From the NCBI GenBank assembly GCA_034669905.1, contig JAXMOL010000016.1, positions 1-64,000 of the forward strand: a stretch of 64,000 bases of DNA. The letters are read 5' to 3'. The DNA comes from Candidatus Hydrogenedentota bacterium (GTDB lineage: Bacteria; Hydrogenedentota; Hydrogenedentia; Hydrogenedentales; JAEUWI01). The notes beneath the pieces were generated by a model, which did not search any database, had not been told where the DNA came from, and saw only the letters and a program-made list of their open reading frames with translations. A program made the translations under genes and the position numbers. This document shows positions 19,094-30,811 of the stretch, piece by piece. Each line of letters opens with the position of its first letter. Position 1 is the stretch's first letter.

Positions 19094-20173
19094 TCACGCG
19101 TCCAGCGCGAGGCCCAGGGCCTTTACAAGCGGCGACTCCTGCACATATCGGGGCATAACAATTTCCAGGTCTTTGGTCACAAACTGACGGACCACAAAGA
19201 GCGGGGCCGCCGGGTGGGCGTATGCCAGCTCCTTGATGTACTGCCACCAGGCCCCATCATCCAGGGCGCGCCCCAGAAGTAGCTGGGGAATTTCCGCGGG
19301 ATCTTCTTCCTGCTGTTGCGCCTCAATTTCCTCTGCCAGGGAGCCGGTGGTGACCTTGTTGCTCTGCTGTTGCAGGCGGGCACCAATTTTCTCAACCAGA
19401 CGGCAGGCGGCGTGGTAGCGGGAAACAAACTCGGACCAGGTGGGGTCGATTGCGTGTACCAGTTCCACCAGAAACGCGAGGCGCTCTTCGAGGGTACGGG
19501 ACTCCAGCCGGGCCGCCAATTCGGGATTCAACAACAGGTAACCCAGGGCCACATTCACATGGATCTCCGGCGGCTGGAGGGCCAACGCCTCTTCCGGGCG
19601 GCTGGGATACTGGGCGTGGAGGATCTGGGCCTTGCTCTGGTAATTGGGCGGGCCGGGCATAGGCTCGGGAAATGCCGCATAGTCGTAGTCCAGTCCAACG
19701 GCGATGCGGTAGCCGCGAACGGCCTTCTTCATGTCCCCCGCAGTGAGGGCCTCGTCGGCCTGATCGAGATAGGCCTTTTGCATACGGGCCCGAATGCGCA
19801 GCAATTCATAGGCCTGGGCCGCAGCCTTGAACTTTCCAAGCTGGACGGCGTTGTCCGCCAGGAGCGTTACCAGCTCGGCGGGCAGCTGGGCAGGACTGTT
19901 TTTCTTCAGCTGGTCCTGCACATGCTCTTGCGTCTGGGGCTTGCGTACGGCCTGCAGGGCCACGTCGAAGCGATGGTCCTTTTCCACATCATCCCGAAGG
20001 TACGCATACTTCTCCGTCTGGATATCTTCCGTAGAAGATGCTCGCAGGGGCGAGTAGGACACAAACAGAAAGCGGAAGTTGACGATATCCCCTTCGGCGA
20101 CGGCTTTGGCCAGGCAGTGGTCGATGGTCTCCTGACTCACCGGTGCCTTGGTAATTTCTTTCGTGCGGGCCAT
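19094..20173 (-). CDS. Hypothetical protein (359 aa, helical)
   Basis: Long ORF, start overlaps upstream stop (TAATG), GGGAG RBS; no recognised family. Confidence 0.8.
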   Translation of the reverse strand: MARTKEITKAPVSQETIDHCLAKAVAEGDIVNFRFLFVSYSPLRASSTEDIQTEKYAYLRDDVEKDHRFDVALQAVRKPQTQEHVQDQLKKNSPAQLPAELVTLLADNAVQLGKFKAAAQAYELLRIRARMQKAYLDQADEALTAGDMKKAVRGYRIAVGLDYDYAAFPEPMPGPPNYQSKAQILHAQYPSRPEEALALQPPEIHVNVALGYLLLNPELAARLESRTLEERLAFLVELVHAIDPTWSEFVSRYHAACRLVEKIGARLQQQSNKVTTGSLAEEIEAQQQEEDPAEIPQLLLGRALDDGAWWQYIKELAYAHPAAPLFVVRQFVTKDLEIVMPRYVQESPLVKALGLALDA

Positions 20174-20757
20174 TAAACGGCACTCCCATCTGCCAGGGTC
20201 GATGCAACAACCTCGGCACGCTCATTCCAGTCGATTTCCGGTACCGTTATCTGGTAATAGGGCAACCGCTCGTGAATTTCATGATAAAGACGCTGGCGAA
20301 AATGACGCAGCACGCGGCTGGCGTGACGCTCGTGGGCACGGCTCCAGCGGCTGGCCTCGACGCACTCCCGGTCGCGACCGGCTTCCAGCACCAGCTCTTC
20401 CATATAGGTCGAAAGGAAATGCTTGAGTGCACCGTCATAGGCCCGTCGCAAGTGGTCTACCCGGTCGGTATTCTGGGCCACCGCTTCTTGCCACTCCGCC
20501 TCCAGAGAGACGACCTTCGCGCGGTCTTCAATATACTGTTGACGCCGCTCGTTATCCCGAAGGATATAGTAAGCCGCATTTATTTGGGCGATATTGAGTA
20601 AGAAGCTGTCCCGACGGCTGTCGGTGATGGTCGTTCGGCCAATCTCCGACAGGAGTTGCTTCATGACTTTCTTGTAGCTATTACGTACTTCGCCAAGTTT
20701 GCAGGTCTCCGGGAGTCCCAGGACCTCGAAGTAATTGATGTATCCGTGATCAGACAT
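20173..20757 (-). CDS. J-domain-like (DnaJ-like) protein lacking HPD
   Basis: NYFEVLGL..EVRNSYKK..QINAAYYILRD.ERRQQY J-domain pattern; ATG 20757 preceded by GGAG; upstream part of the 421-aa ORF overlaps clpS and is spurious. Confidence 0.8.
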   Translation of the reverse strand: MSDHGYINYFEVLGLPETCKLGEVRNSYKKVMKQLLSEIGRTTITDSRRDSFLLNIAQINAAYYILRDNERRQQYIEDRAKVVSLEAEWQEAVAQNTDRVDHLRRAYDGALKHFLSTYMEELVLEAGRDRECVEASRWSRAHERHASRVLRHFRQRLYHEIHERLPYYQITVPEIDWNERAEVVASTLADGSAV

Positions 20758-20898
20758 GATTGAAATACTCCAGGTAAGCTGTGATTGTACCTTGAAGGCA
20801 TGGGGGCGCTCAACTGTGCTATCATTAGATGACGTAAAACAAGGGAATTTCAGGCAACCCGGACGTCCGGGCAGGCCTGGCGAAGGAGATGATGCGGC

Positions 20899-21213
20899 GT
20901 GGCCGATTACATAGCCCAGGCGGGCAAGGGCGCGGCCCTCAAAGACAAAGAAAAGCTTGAGCGCCCACGGCGTTTTAAGGTAATCCTGCTGAATGACGAC
21001 TACACGACCATGGAATTTGTGGTGGAGGTGCTGCAGGGTATCTTCCGGCGAACGCCGGATGAGGCTATGGCGATTATGCTGAACGTCCATAAGAATGGGA
21101 TGGGCGTGGCAGGTGTATATGTAAAGTCCATCGCAGAAACGAAAGTTAGTCAGGTTCACAAACTGGCCCAGCGCATGGAGTTCCCGTTGCGCTGTACCCT
21201 GGAAGCTGAATAA
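20899..21213 (+). CDS. clpS: ATP-dependent Clp protease adaptor ClpS
   Basis: FKVILLNDDYTTMEFVVEVL, MLNVH..G.G, FPLRCTLE; AAGGAG RBS. Confidence 0.96.
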   Translation: MADYIAQAGKGAALKDKEKLERPRRFKVILLNDDYTTMEFVVEVLQGIFRRTPDEAMAIMLNVHKNGMGVAGVYVKSIAETKVSQVHKLAQRMEFPLRCTLEAE

Positions 21214-21250
21214 CGTTTCGCAATTTTTTTGAAATAGAGGTACGGCACCC

Positions 21251-23991
<2,741 letters not shown>

Positions 23992-24351
23992 GCTCCAGGT
24001 GGCACCAGGTCGTTCAGTTCGACCAATCCCCTGAACCTCGTGCCACGCGATGGCGAGTACAACACGGTTTCGTGTGCGTGGAGGAACGGACAACTTCCGG
24101 CGACAAGCCATCTCGAATGAGGGCGTCCAATGCTAAGGGGAGAGAAGGACGCCCGAACGGAATCTTCCAGGACGAGAAGCGATTCCCGCCACGTGGCGGG
24201 ATGGATTCATTCGGACCTGTTGCTGAGGACACGATGTGTTGGTGCCATTCTCCCTTCCGTGACCGAGCATGCTATACTTTTTCGGCTTCGGGGCCTTCGC
24301 AAATCGTGAACAGGCGCCCCATCAACTACCCTGAAATCCTGGAGAACCCCC

Positions 24352-25227
24352 ATGAGATTATGTATCGTTGCGCTGATTGCCGCAATGGCCACCCTTGTCC
24401 CCCAGGCAATGGCCGAAGAAAACAAGCAACTCCTGCTCATCGCGGGCACGCCGAGCCACGGCCCGGGCGACCATGAGTTCAACGCCGGCGTCCAGTTGTT
24501 GGCCCAGTGCCTGAAGTCCGTGCCCAATCTGGAGGTCACGATCCAACTCAACGGATGGCCCAAAGACGAAGCTATCTTCGACGGAAAAGACGGCATCCTC
24601 ATGTATATGGATGGTGGCGCAAATCACCCCGCCGTGCAGGAAGACCGCCTCGCATTCCTTGGCGCGTTGATGAAAAAAGGCGTAGGCTTCATGTGCGCCC
24701 ACTATGGCGTGGATGTCCCGGCAGATAATGGTGGATCCGAATTCAAGCAATGGATCGGCGGCCACTATGAAGCAGGCTACTCCTGCAACCCCATGTGGAG
24801 CCCGGAATACAACGACTTACCCGACCACCCCGTCACGAATGGTGTGAAGCCCTTCCAGATCAAAGACGAGTGGTACATGCACATGCGCTTTCGCGATGAC
24901 ATCTCGGGTGTTACCCCCCTCCTCGTGGGTACGCCTTCCGACGACGTCCGCGATGGTCCCTATGTCTACCCCAAGGGCCCCTATGAACACATCCAGGCGG
25001 ACAAGGGCAAACCGGAAACCATGATGTGGGCCGTGGAACGGGAAGATGGTGGCCGCGGCGTGGGCTTTACCGGAGGCCACATCCACAACAACTGGGGCCA
25101 CGACGATTTCCGGAAAATCGTGCTCAACGCCCTCGTCTGGATTACGGGCATGGACGTACCTGAAAACGGCGTGGAATCCACGGTCACCGCAGAAGATCTC
25201 GCGAAAAACCTGGACCCTAAAAACTAG
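24352..25227 (+). CDS. ThuA domain-containing secreted protein
   Basis: Signal peptide; AGTPSHGPGDHEFNAG, HPVTNG, DEWY, RGVGFTGGH. Confidence 0.88.
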   Translation: MRLCIVALIAAMATLVPQAMAEENKQLLLIAGTPSHGPGDHEFNAGVQLLAQCLKSVPNLEVTIQLNGWPKDEAIFDGKDGILMYMDGGANHPAVQEDRLAFLGALMKKGVGFMCAHYGVDVPADNGGSEFKQWIGGHYEAGYSCNPMWSPEYNDLPDHPVTNGVKPFQIKDEWYMHMRFRDDISGVTPLLVGTPSDDVRDGPYVYPKGPYEHIQADKGKPETMMWAVEREDGGRGVGFTGGHIHNNWGHDDFRKIVLNALVWITGMDVPENGVESTVTAEDLAKNLDPKN

Positions 25228-25294
25228 GGGCTTAGTTATTGCAGACGAGGCACTGCGTTTGCCTTAGATGCCTCGTCTTTTCGTAGGAAAATAC

Positions 25295-25373
25295 TCCCCT
25301 CCCTGGAGGGGCCGGGGGTGGGTCGCGTCACGAAAAGGTCGTAGACCCACCCCTAACCCCTCCTTGGAGGGGA
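25295..25373. repeat. REP-like inverted palindrome pair
   Basis: TCCCCTCCCTGGAGGGGCCGGGGGTGGGTC ... GACCCACCCCTAACCCCTCCTTGGAGGGGA. Confidence 0.8.
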
Positions 25374-25503
25374 ATCGACGGGTGTTTCACGCCTGTGGCA
25401 ACCTACTTTTCCCGAACGATTATTCAAACCACGTACACAGAACGACGGCCTGATCGCCCCCGTCATTCCGATTCGACCCTTCATCCAACCAGGAGTTTAT
25501 CCC

Positions 25504-26481
25504 TTGTCTGAACCCATCCGCTGGGGCATTATCGGCACCGGCCATATTGCCAATACTTTTGCTACCGCCATTGCCGCCCTCGACGACGCCGTCATCCAGG
25601 CCGTTGGCTCCCGCACCGAAGCAAGTGCCAATGCCTTCGCCGACAAATACGGTATCGCCAATCGCCACGGCTCCTATGAAGCCCTGGCCAACGACCCCGA
25701 AATCGATGCGGTCTATATTGCGACGCTGAATTCCCTCCACCACGACAACAGCATCCTCTGCCTCGAAGCGGGTAAGGCGGTCCTGTGCGAAAAGCCCTTT
25801 TGCATCAACCGCGCCCAATCGGAAGAAGTCATCGCGGTGGCCAGGCGGGAAAAGAAGTTCATCATGGAAGCCATGTGGACCCGATTCATCCCGGCGCTCC
25901 AGCAGGCCATGGCCTGGATTGACAAAGGCCGCATTGGCGAGGTGCGCATGGTGCAAGCCAACTTCGGCTTCCGCTGCGATGATGCTCCCCTCTTCGACCC
26001 GGAACTGGGTGGTGGTGCCCTCCTCGATGTGGGCATCTACCCCATCACGCTCGCCCATATGGCCTTCCGAAAGCTCCCCACGGAAGTCCGCAGCCTGGCT
26101 TACCTGGGTCGCAATGGCGTCGACGAACAGTCTACCTATCTCCTGGGCTTTGAAGGCGGCGGCCAGGCCCTCCTCGGCAGCGCGATTCAGACCAATACCC
26201 CCTACGACGGCTACATCATGGGCACGGAAGGCATGATTACCATTCATGACTCCTTCTGGAACGCCACCAAGGTCAGCCTCACGAAAGACGAGAAGGTCGT
26301 CGAATGCAAAGAACTCCCCCATATCTGCAATGGCTATGAATATGAAGCCATGGAAGTGCACCGCTGCCTCCGCGAAGGCAAGCTCGAAAGCGACATCATG
26401 CCCCACGAAACGAGTCTCGAACTCATGGGCCTGCTGGACGGCATCCGCGCAGACTGGGGCCTGAAATACCCGATGGAATAA
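25504..26481 (+). CDS. Gfo/Idh/MocA family oxidoreductase (paralog 1)
   Basis: RWGIIGTGHIA, LCEKP, MEAMWTRF, GGGALLDVGIYP; TTG start after AGGAG. Confidence 0.94.
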   Translation: MSEPIRWGIIGTGHIANTFATAIAALDDAVIQAVGSRTEASANAFADKYGIANRHGSYEALANDPEIDAVYIATLNSLHHDNSILCLEAGKAVLCEKPFCINRAQSEEVIAVARREKKFIMEAMWTRFIPALQQAMAWIDKGRIGEVRMVQANFGFRCDDAPLFDPELGGGALLDVGIYPITLAHMAFRKLPTEVRSLAYLGRNGVDEQSTYLLGFEGGGQALLGSAIQTNTPYDGYIMGTEGMITIHDSFWNATKVSLTKDEKVVECKELPHICNGYEYEAMEVHRCLREGKLESDIMPHETSLELMGLLDGIRADWGLKYPME

Positions 26482-26487
26482 CGGGGT

Positions 26488-26726
26488 GGGGACTGCCTCG
26501 CCGTAGGGCTCGTGAATGAGTAGCTGAAAACGCCTTGGCGGAAAGAGCCCACTTCACGGAAGCGCGGCCCTATAAGACAGGCGAGGCCGTCCCCCTCTTG
26601 AAATCGACGTGAACCATCCAGAGGGGGACAGCCCCGACGTCTGAATATCGCTCTATACACAACGACCTATGTCTCGCCCACGCGACCCCGCCGCGCTATC
26701 TTGCGTAAAGCGTCGGTGCAGTCCCC
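26488..26726. repeat. ~238-bp composite palindromic (BIME/REPIN-like) repeat, copy A
   Basis: GGGGACTGCCTCGCC...GGCGAGGCCGTCCCC + CTCT..AGAG + GGGGACAGCCCCGACG...CGTCGGTGCAGTCCCC. Confidence 0.9.
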
Positions 26727-26822
26727 GGGGACTGCCTCGCCGTAAGGCCCGCATGCCAGCATCGTGAACACCTTGGCGGAAAAAGTCTGCTGCACAGCAA
26801 CAACGCGCAATTAGACAAGCCA
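26727..26822. repeat. Partial, degenerate copy B of the composite repeat
   Basis: Begins GGGGACTGCCTCGCCGTA and retains CCTTGGCGGAAA, then decays. Confidence 0.75.
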
Positions 26823-26842
26823 ATCCTGTTGGAGTATCAATC

Positions 26843-27796
26843 GTGAGCCAAAGCCCCCCACAACATAGCGAAACGACTCGCACGCGCTATCGGGAGCGTT
26901 TGGCGAAGGCCCTGCAATACATCGAAGAAAACCTCGACCAACCCCTCCGGCTGGAAGATATCGCTACCGCCAGTTTCTTTTCCCCCTTCCACTTTCACCG
27001 CATCTTTCAATCGTTGATGGACGAATCGGTGAACGACTACGTGGTTCGCCGCCGCATGGAAGCGGCCGCCCACCTCCTCGTCTACGAACGTCACCTCCGC
27101 GTGACCGACGTGGCCGCCACCGTGGGCTACTCGTCCACGGCCAATCTTTCGAAAGCCGTGAAACAATATTTCGGCGTCTCTCCCAGCGCCATCCGTAATC
27201 CGTCGGATGAGACCATTCGCAAGATTGGAAAACTCTCCAGCAAATACGGAAAAATCTTTGACCCCCGCGATCTCTATCCTCGAGAAGTGCCCAATGGTGG
27301 GCCCAATCACAACGAGGATAAGCACATGCACGTAGAAGTCATTGAACGAGAAGAAGCCGCTGTCAGTTACCTGAGCAGTCCACAGGGCTATCTCCAGGAA
27401 TCCATCGAAGCCACCTGGACAAAGCTCATCGCCTGGGGAAAATCGGCGGGGGTCCCAATCGCGGAACAGCAATACTATGCCCTGTGTCACAGCAACCCCG
27501 CAGTAACCCCCGTGGAAAAGTGTCGTTACGATGCGTCGCTCGTCATCCCGCCGACGTTGACGGTCAACGCACCCTTTTCCCGCTCGGTCATTCCGGCGGG
27601 TCGCTACGCACGGGTCTATTACAAGGGCCCCTCCGAAGGCACCAGCCAGGCCCATCTTGCCATCTTCAACACCTGGCTACCTGAAAGCGGATTCGAGCCC
27701 GACGATTACCCCTCTATGGAGCACTACCTCAACGATGTACGAGAAGACGGATTCGTGGAGATGGAAGTCTTTCTAAAATTAAAAGACTTGGTGTGA
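26843..27796 (+). CDS. AraC family transcriptional regulator with C-terminal GyrI-like effector domain
   Basis: YIEENL..LEDIA...FSPFHFHRIF HTH; KCRYDA, IPAGRYA, WLPESG GyrI-like motifs. Confidence 0.93.
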   Translation: MSQSPPQHSETTRTRYRERLAKALQYIEENLDQPLRLEDIATASFFSPFHFHRIFQSLMDESVNDYVVRRRMEAAAHLLVYERHLRVTDVAATVGYSSTANLSKAVKQYFGVSPSAIRNPSDETIRKIGKLSSKYGKIFDPRDLYPREVPNGGPNHNEDKHMHVEVIEREEAAVSYLSSPQGYLQESIEATWTKLIAWGKSAGVPIAEQQYYALCHSNPAVTPVEKCRYDASLVIPPTLTVNAPFSRSVIPAGRYARVYYKGPSEGTSQAHLAIFNTWLPESGFEPDDYPSMEHYLNDVREDGFVEMEVFLKLKDLV

Positions 27797-27813
27797 GGCG
27801 GGGACGAAATCGC

Positions 27814-28051
27814 GGGGACTGCCTCGCCGTCGGGCCCGTGAATGAGCAGTTGAAATGCTTTGGCGGAAAACGCCTACTTCACGGGTGCGTGGCCCCCTAA
27901 AACAGGCGGGGCCGTCCCCCTCTTGAAGTCGACGTGGGCTTTCCAGAGGGGGACAGCCCCGACGTCCGAGTACTGTTCTCTACCCACCACCCTCTGTCTC
28001 GCCCACACGGTCCCATCGCCCTACCCGGCTCATGGCGTCGGTGCAGTCCCC
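27814..28051. repeat. 238-bp composite palindromic repeat, copy C
   Basis: Same termini and internal hairpins as copies A and D; first ~155 bp nearly identical to copy D. Confidence 0.93.
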
Positions 28052-28052
28052 G

Positions 28053-28280
28053 CTACGCTACTTCAACGCGCTTTCGAAGTGCTTGCTTTGCCTCGCTCCA
28101 ATCAACAACGCGCTCTTCACCCGCATCAACCCGCGCCGCCGTATCCGCAAGCGCCTTCTCATGCCATGGTGGAGATTCCAGACCTTCGACAGATTGGGAA
28201 AGGTCCGCCCATAGGGCTTCCATGGTCTGGAGTTTTTCCTGCCGCGACATTTGTGCGATTTGCTCTTCGCTTATCATCAT
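28053..28280 (-). CDS. Putative addiction-module antitoxin component (TIGR02574-like), orphan
   Basis: MSRQEKLQTMEALWADL..SPPWH..L...DWSEAK pattern typical of this family. Confidence 0.82.
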   Translation of the reverse strand: MMISEEQIAQMSRQEKLQTMEALWADLSQSVEGLESPPWHEKALADTAARVDAGEERVVDWSEAKQALRKRVEVA

Positions 28281-28456
28281 GCTGTGCGGACCTCTTTGTT
28301 GCCTTCGTATTGGTGAATTGGTCTTAACCGGACCGAAATTTACCTATCGGTGCCCATCGAGCTTGGAAGGGACTCTACTGTTTCCATTCTACTCGAAAAC
28401 CTGCATCGAGTCGAGCGTCTGTTCGGAAAGAGGACGCGCCCAAAAAAATCAACGTC

Positions 28457-28503
28457 GGGTGCCACCCTCAAACGGAGGAACGCAGCGGGGGAAGTTTGTG
28501 GGT
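28457..28503. repeat. Third copy of the GGGTGCCACCC REP-like unit
   Basis: GGGTGCCACCCTCAAACGGAGGAACGCAGCGGGGGAAGTTTGTGGGT matches 4755-4801. Confidence 0.85.
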
Positions 28504-28566
28504 GCGTTGGTGTCAAGCATTCGGCGCTACCCCCTCCGTAAGTCGACGTAGGCTTTCCGGAGGGAC

Positions 28567-28804
28567 GGGGACTGCCTCGCCGTCGGGCCCGTGAATGAGC
28601 AGCTGAAATGCTTTGGCGGAAAACGCCTACTTCACGGGTGCGTGGCCCCCTAAGACAGGCGGGGCCGTCCCCCTCTTGAAGTCGACGTGGGCTTTCCAGA
28701 GGGGGACAGCCCCGACGTCCGCATTTCCTTCTGTACCTGACACCCTTTGTATCGCCCACACGGCCCCGTCGTGTTTCCCGGCATATGGCGTCGGGGCAGT
28801 CCCC
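28567..28804. repeat. 238-bp composite palindromic repeat, copy D
   Basis: Same structure as copy C; preceded by a partial central module (AAGTCGACGTAGGCTTTCC) at ~28530-28566. Confidence 0.93.
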
Positions 28805-28874
28805 GCGTGCAATATCCGTCTCTATTTCGATACCATGCCGTCTCACCGAAACAACAACCACGCAGGAGCATGTC

Positions 28875-29861
28875 ATGGCGAAAACCTATCGTTGGGGTAT
28901 CATCGGAACGGGCAATATTGCGACCCAGTTTGCAACGTGTCTGAAGGTCTGTGACAACGCCGTCCTCCACGCGGTGGGCTCCCGGAGCCAGGCCAGTGCG
29001 GACGCCTTCGGCGATAAATTTGATATCCCCACCCGCCACGCCACCTATGAGGGGCTCATCAACGACCCGGAAGTCGATGTGGTCTATGTCTCTACGCCCC
29101 ACAGCCTCCATAAAGAGAACAGCATTGCCTGCCTGAAAGCCGGTAAGCCCGTTCTCTCCGAAAAGCCCTTCACCCTCAACGTCTCCGAATCGAAGGAGGT
29201 CATCGCCGTCGCGAAAGAAACGGGCCTATTCCTCATGGAAGGCATGTGGACCCGCTTTTTCCCGGCCATTAAACAGGTGGAATCCTGGATAGCCTCCGGT
29301 GCCATCGGCGAACCCCGCATGGTCCGCTGTGATTTCGGCTTCTACATGGAATATGGCGAGCGTAACCGACTGTGGGATCCCGCACTCGGTGGGGGAAGCC
29401 TGCTTGATGTGGGCATCTACCCCATCAACCTGGCTTCCATCGCTTTTAAAGACGCGCCCGAAACCATTCAGGGGGCTGCCCATATCAACGCGCAGGGCAT
29501 CGACGAGCAGGCGGCCTTCGTTCTCGGCTACAGCGGCGGACGCCTCGCCACCCTTTCGAGCGCGGTGCGGGCCCAGTCCGACTGGAATGCCTACATCTAC
29601 GGCGAAACGGGCATGATTAAGATTCATGAGTGCTTCTGGCGTCCCCATGCCGCCACGCTGATTCCCCGGGAAGGGGACCCGACGACCTTTGACGAGCCGC
29701 TGGAGAGCATCGGATTCGAGCACGAAATTCGGGAAGTCATGGGCTGTCTCGATGCGGGCCTCACCGAATGTCCCACCATGCCCCATTCCCGCACGCTGGA
29801 GGTCATGGGCACCATGGACACCTTGCGGAAGCAATGGGGGCTGAAATACCCCGGCGAATAG
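28875..29861 (+). CDS. Gfo/Idh/MocA family oxidoreductase (paralog 2)
   Basis: RWGIIGTGNIA, SEKP, MEGMWTRF, GGGSLLDVGIYP, ends WGLKYPGE; ATG 28875 after AGGAG. Confidence 0.94.
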   Translation: MAKTYRWGIIGTGNIATQFATCLKVCDNAVLHAVGSRSQASADAFGDKFDIPTRHATYEGLINDPEVDVVYVSTPHSLHKENSIACLKAGKPVLSEKPFTLNVSESKEVIAVAKETGLFLMEGMWTRFFPAIKQVESWIASGAIGEPRMVRCDFGFYMEYGERNRLWDPALGGGSLLDVGIYPINLASIAFKDAPETIQGAAHINAQGIDEQAAFVLGYSGGRLATLSSAVRAQSDWNAYIYGETGMIKIHECFWRPHAATLIPREGDPTTFDEPLESIGFEHEIREVMGCLDAGLTECPTMPHSRTLEVMGTMDTLRKQWGLKYPGE

Positions 29862-29978
29862 CGGGTTTCTATGGACGCGTTCAGGTTGCCGTCCGCAAGT
29901 GGGTACTTACGGCGTTGGAGTTTGCGTAATAGATTCTCAGGGTGACGGAGCAATTCCTCACCAATTCTCCGTGAACCT

Positions 29979-30019
29979 AAAAAAAATCGCCCCCGCCTAT
30001 CGAGACGGGGGCGATTCTT
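29979..30019 (-). terminator. Rho-independent terminator of the ydbH-like operon
   Basis: AATCGCCCCCG...CGGGGGCGATT stem with A8 tract (U-tract on minus strand). Confidence 0.8.
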
Positions 30020-30037
30020 ATTGCTTAGATGGATACC

Positions 30038-30715
30038 CTACGGAATGGTCACCCAGGCACCGGGGGCGCAGGCCGCACCGAGCTTCTTGCCCAGGGCCGA
30101 ACCTTTAATCTCGTCAAAGAGCTCCCCAGCCGCGGGAAGCTGGTAGCGCTCCCCAGGGGCACCACGCTTGAGGCGTTGGGCCGCGTAAATCTGCTCCACA
30201 GCCGATACGCTGAGTCCGTCCTCCTTATTCAGGCGGGCAATCTCGTTGTAGAGGGCCTTACGGGCCTGGTTCTCACTGGCGAGCAATTGCTGGGCTTCGT
30301 TCTTCGCCGCCGCATCTTTGAAGTCGTCACATTCCTGCAACTCCACATAGCCGCGGTTACTTTCGCCGAAACAACCCGACGCCACGAGCTTCGATACGGC
30401 CGCGTTATTCTTACGCAACTCGGTGGCAATCTGCTTCACCTTCGCCGAGTCCGTCTTCATTTCGGCCGCGTGAACCACTTCGATGGGGTTGAGGAAGTCG
30501 AGACTACGCTGGAGCCAGGAGGTGGCCTTCTCCTCTTCAAATCCGGGCAGGGCATCGGTCTTGCCCTCGATGAAATCCAAGACGTCCTCTGCCTGTTCCT
30601 GGACGTGACGGATATCGAGGGTAATATGGGCATCTATCTTGTGTTCGGTACGAATGACGCAGCCGACCAGCAAGGCCACTACGAGGACATTAAGTCCAAT
30701 CATTTGTTTTTTCAT
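30038..30715 (-). CDS. Lipoprotein: YnbE-like N-terminal segment fused to DUF1318 (YdbL-like) domain
   Basis: LVGC lipobox, IRTEHKIDAHITLDIR beta segment, GESNRGYV...ENQARKALYNEIA DUF1318 pattern. Confidence 0.8.
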   Translation of the reverse strand: MKKQMIGLNVLVVALLVGCVIRTEHKIDAHITLDIRHVQEQAEDVLDFIEGKTDALPGFEEEKATSWLQRSLDFLNPIEVVHAAEMKTDSAKVKQIATELRKNNAAVSKLVASGCFGESNRGYVELQECDDFKDAAAKNEAQQLLASENQARKALYNEIARLNKEDGLSVSAVEQIYAAQRLKRGAPGERYQLPAAGELFDEIKGSALGKKLGAACAPGAWVTIP

Positions 30716-30811
30716 GAGGTAATCCTTCCTGTTGGTAGAAGAGACGCACGGGGGGCGTCTTTATTCATTCATTCTATAACGGGTATCGTAAAAATTGCGA
30801 GCTTCACCCCA

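Noticed and set aside
24000..24350. Possible ncRNA or small ORF between NUDIX and thuA-like genes
   Set aside because: Only short hairpins and one repeat arm; no recognisable RNA family or credible ORF
26488..28804. CRISPR array or integron attC array
   Set aside because: Units are ~238 bp with gene-sized intervals; no cas or intI gene; no RYYYAAC/GTTRRRY cores seen at unit ends
27860..28954. Duplicated ORFs starting MAENAYFTGAWPPK
   Set aside because: Translations of repeat copies C and D; no RBS, not preserved in copy A, and they diverge after the repeat
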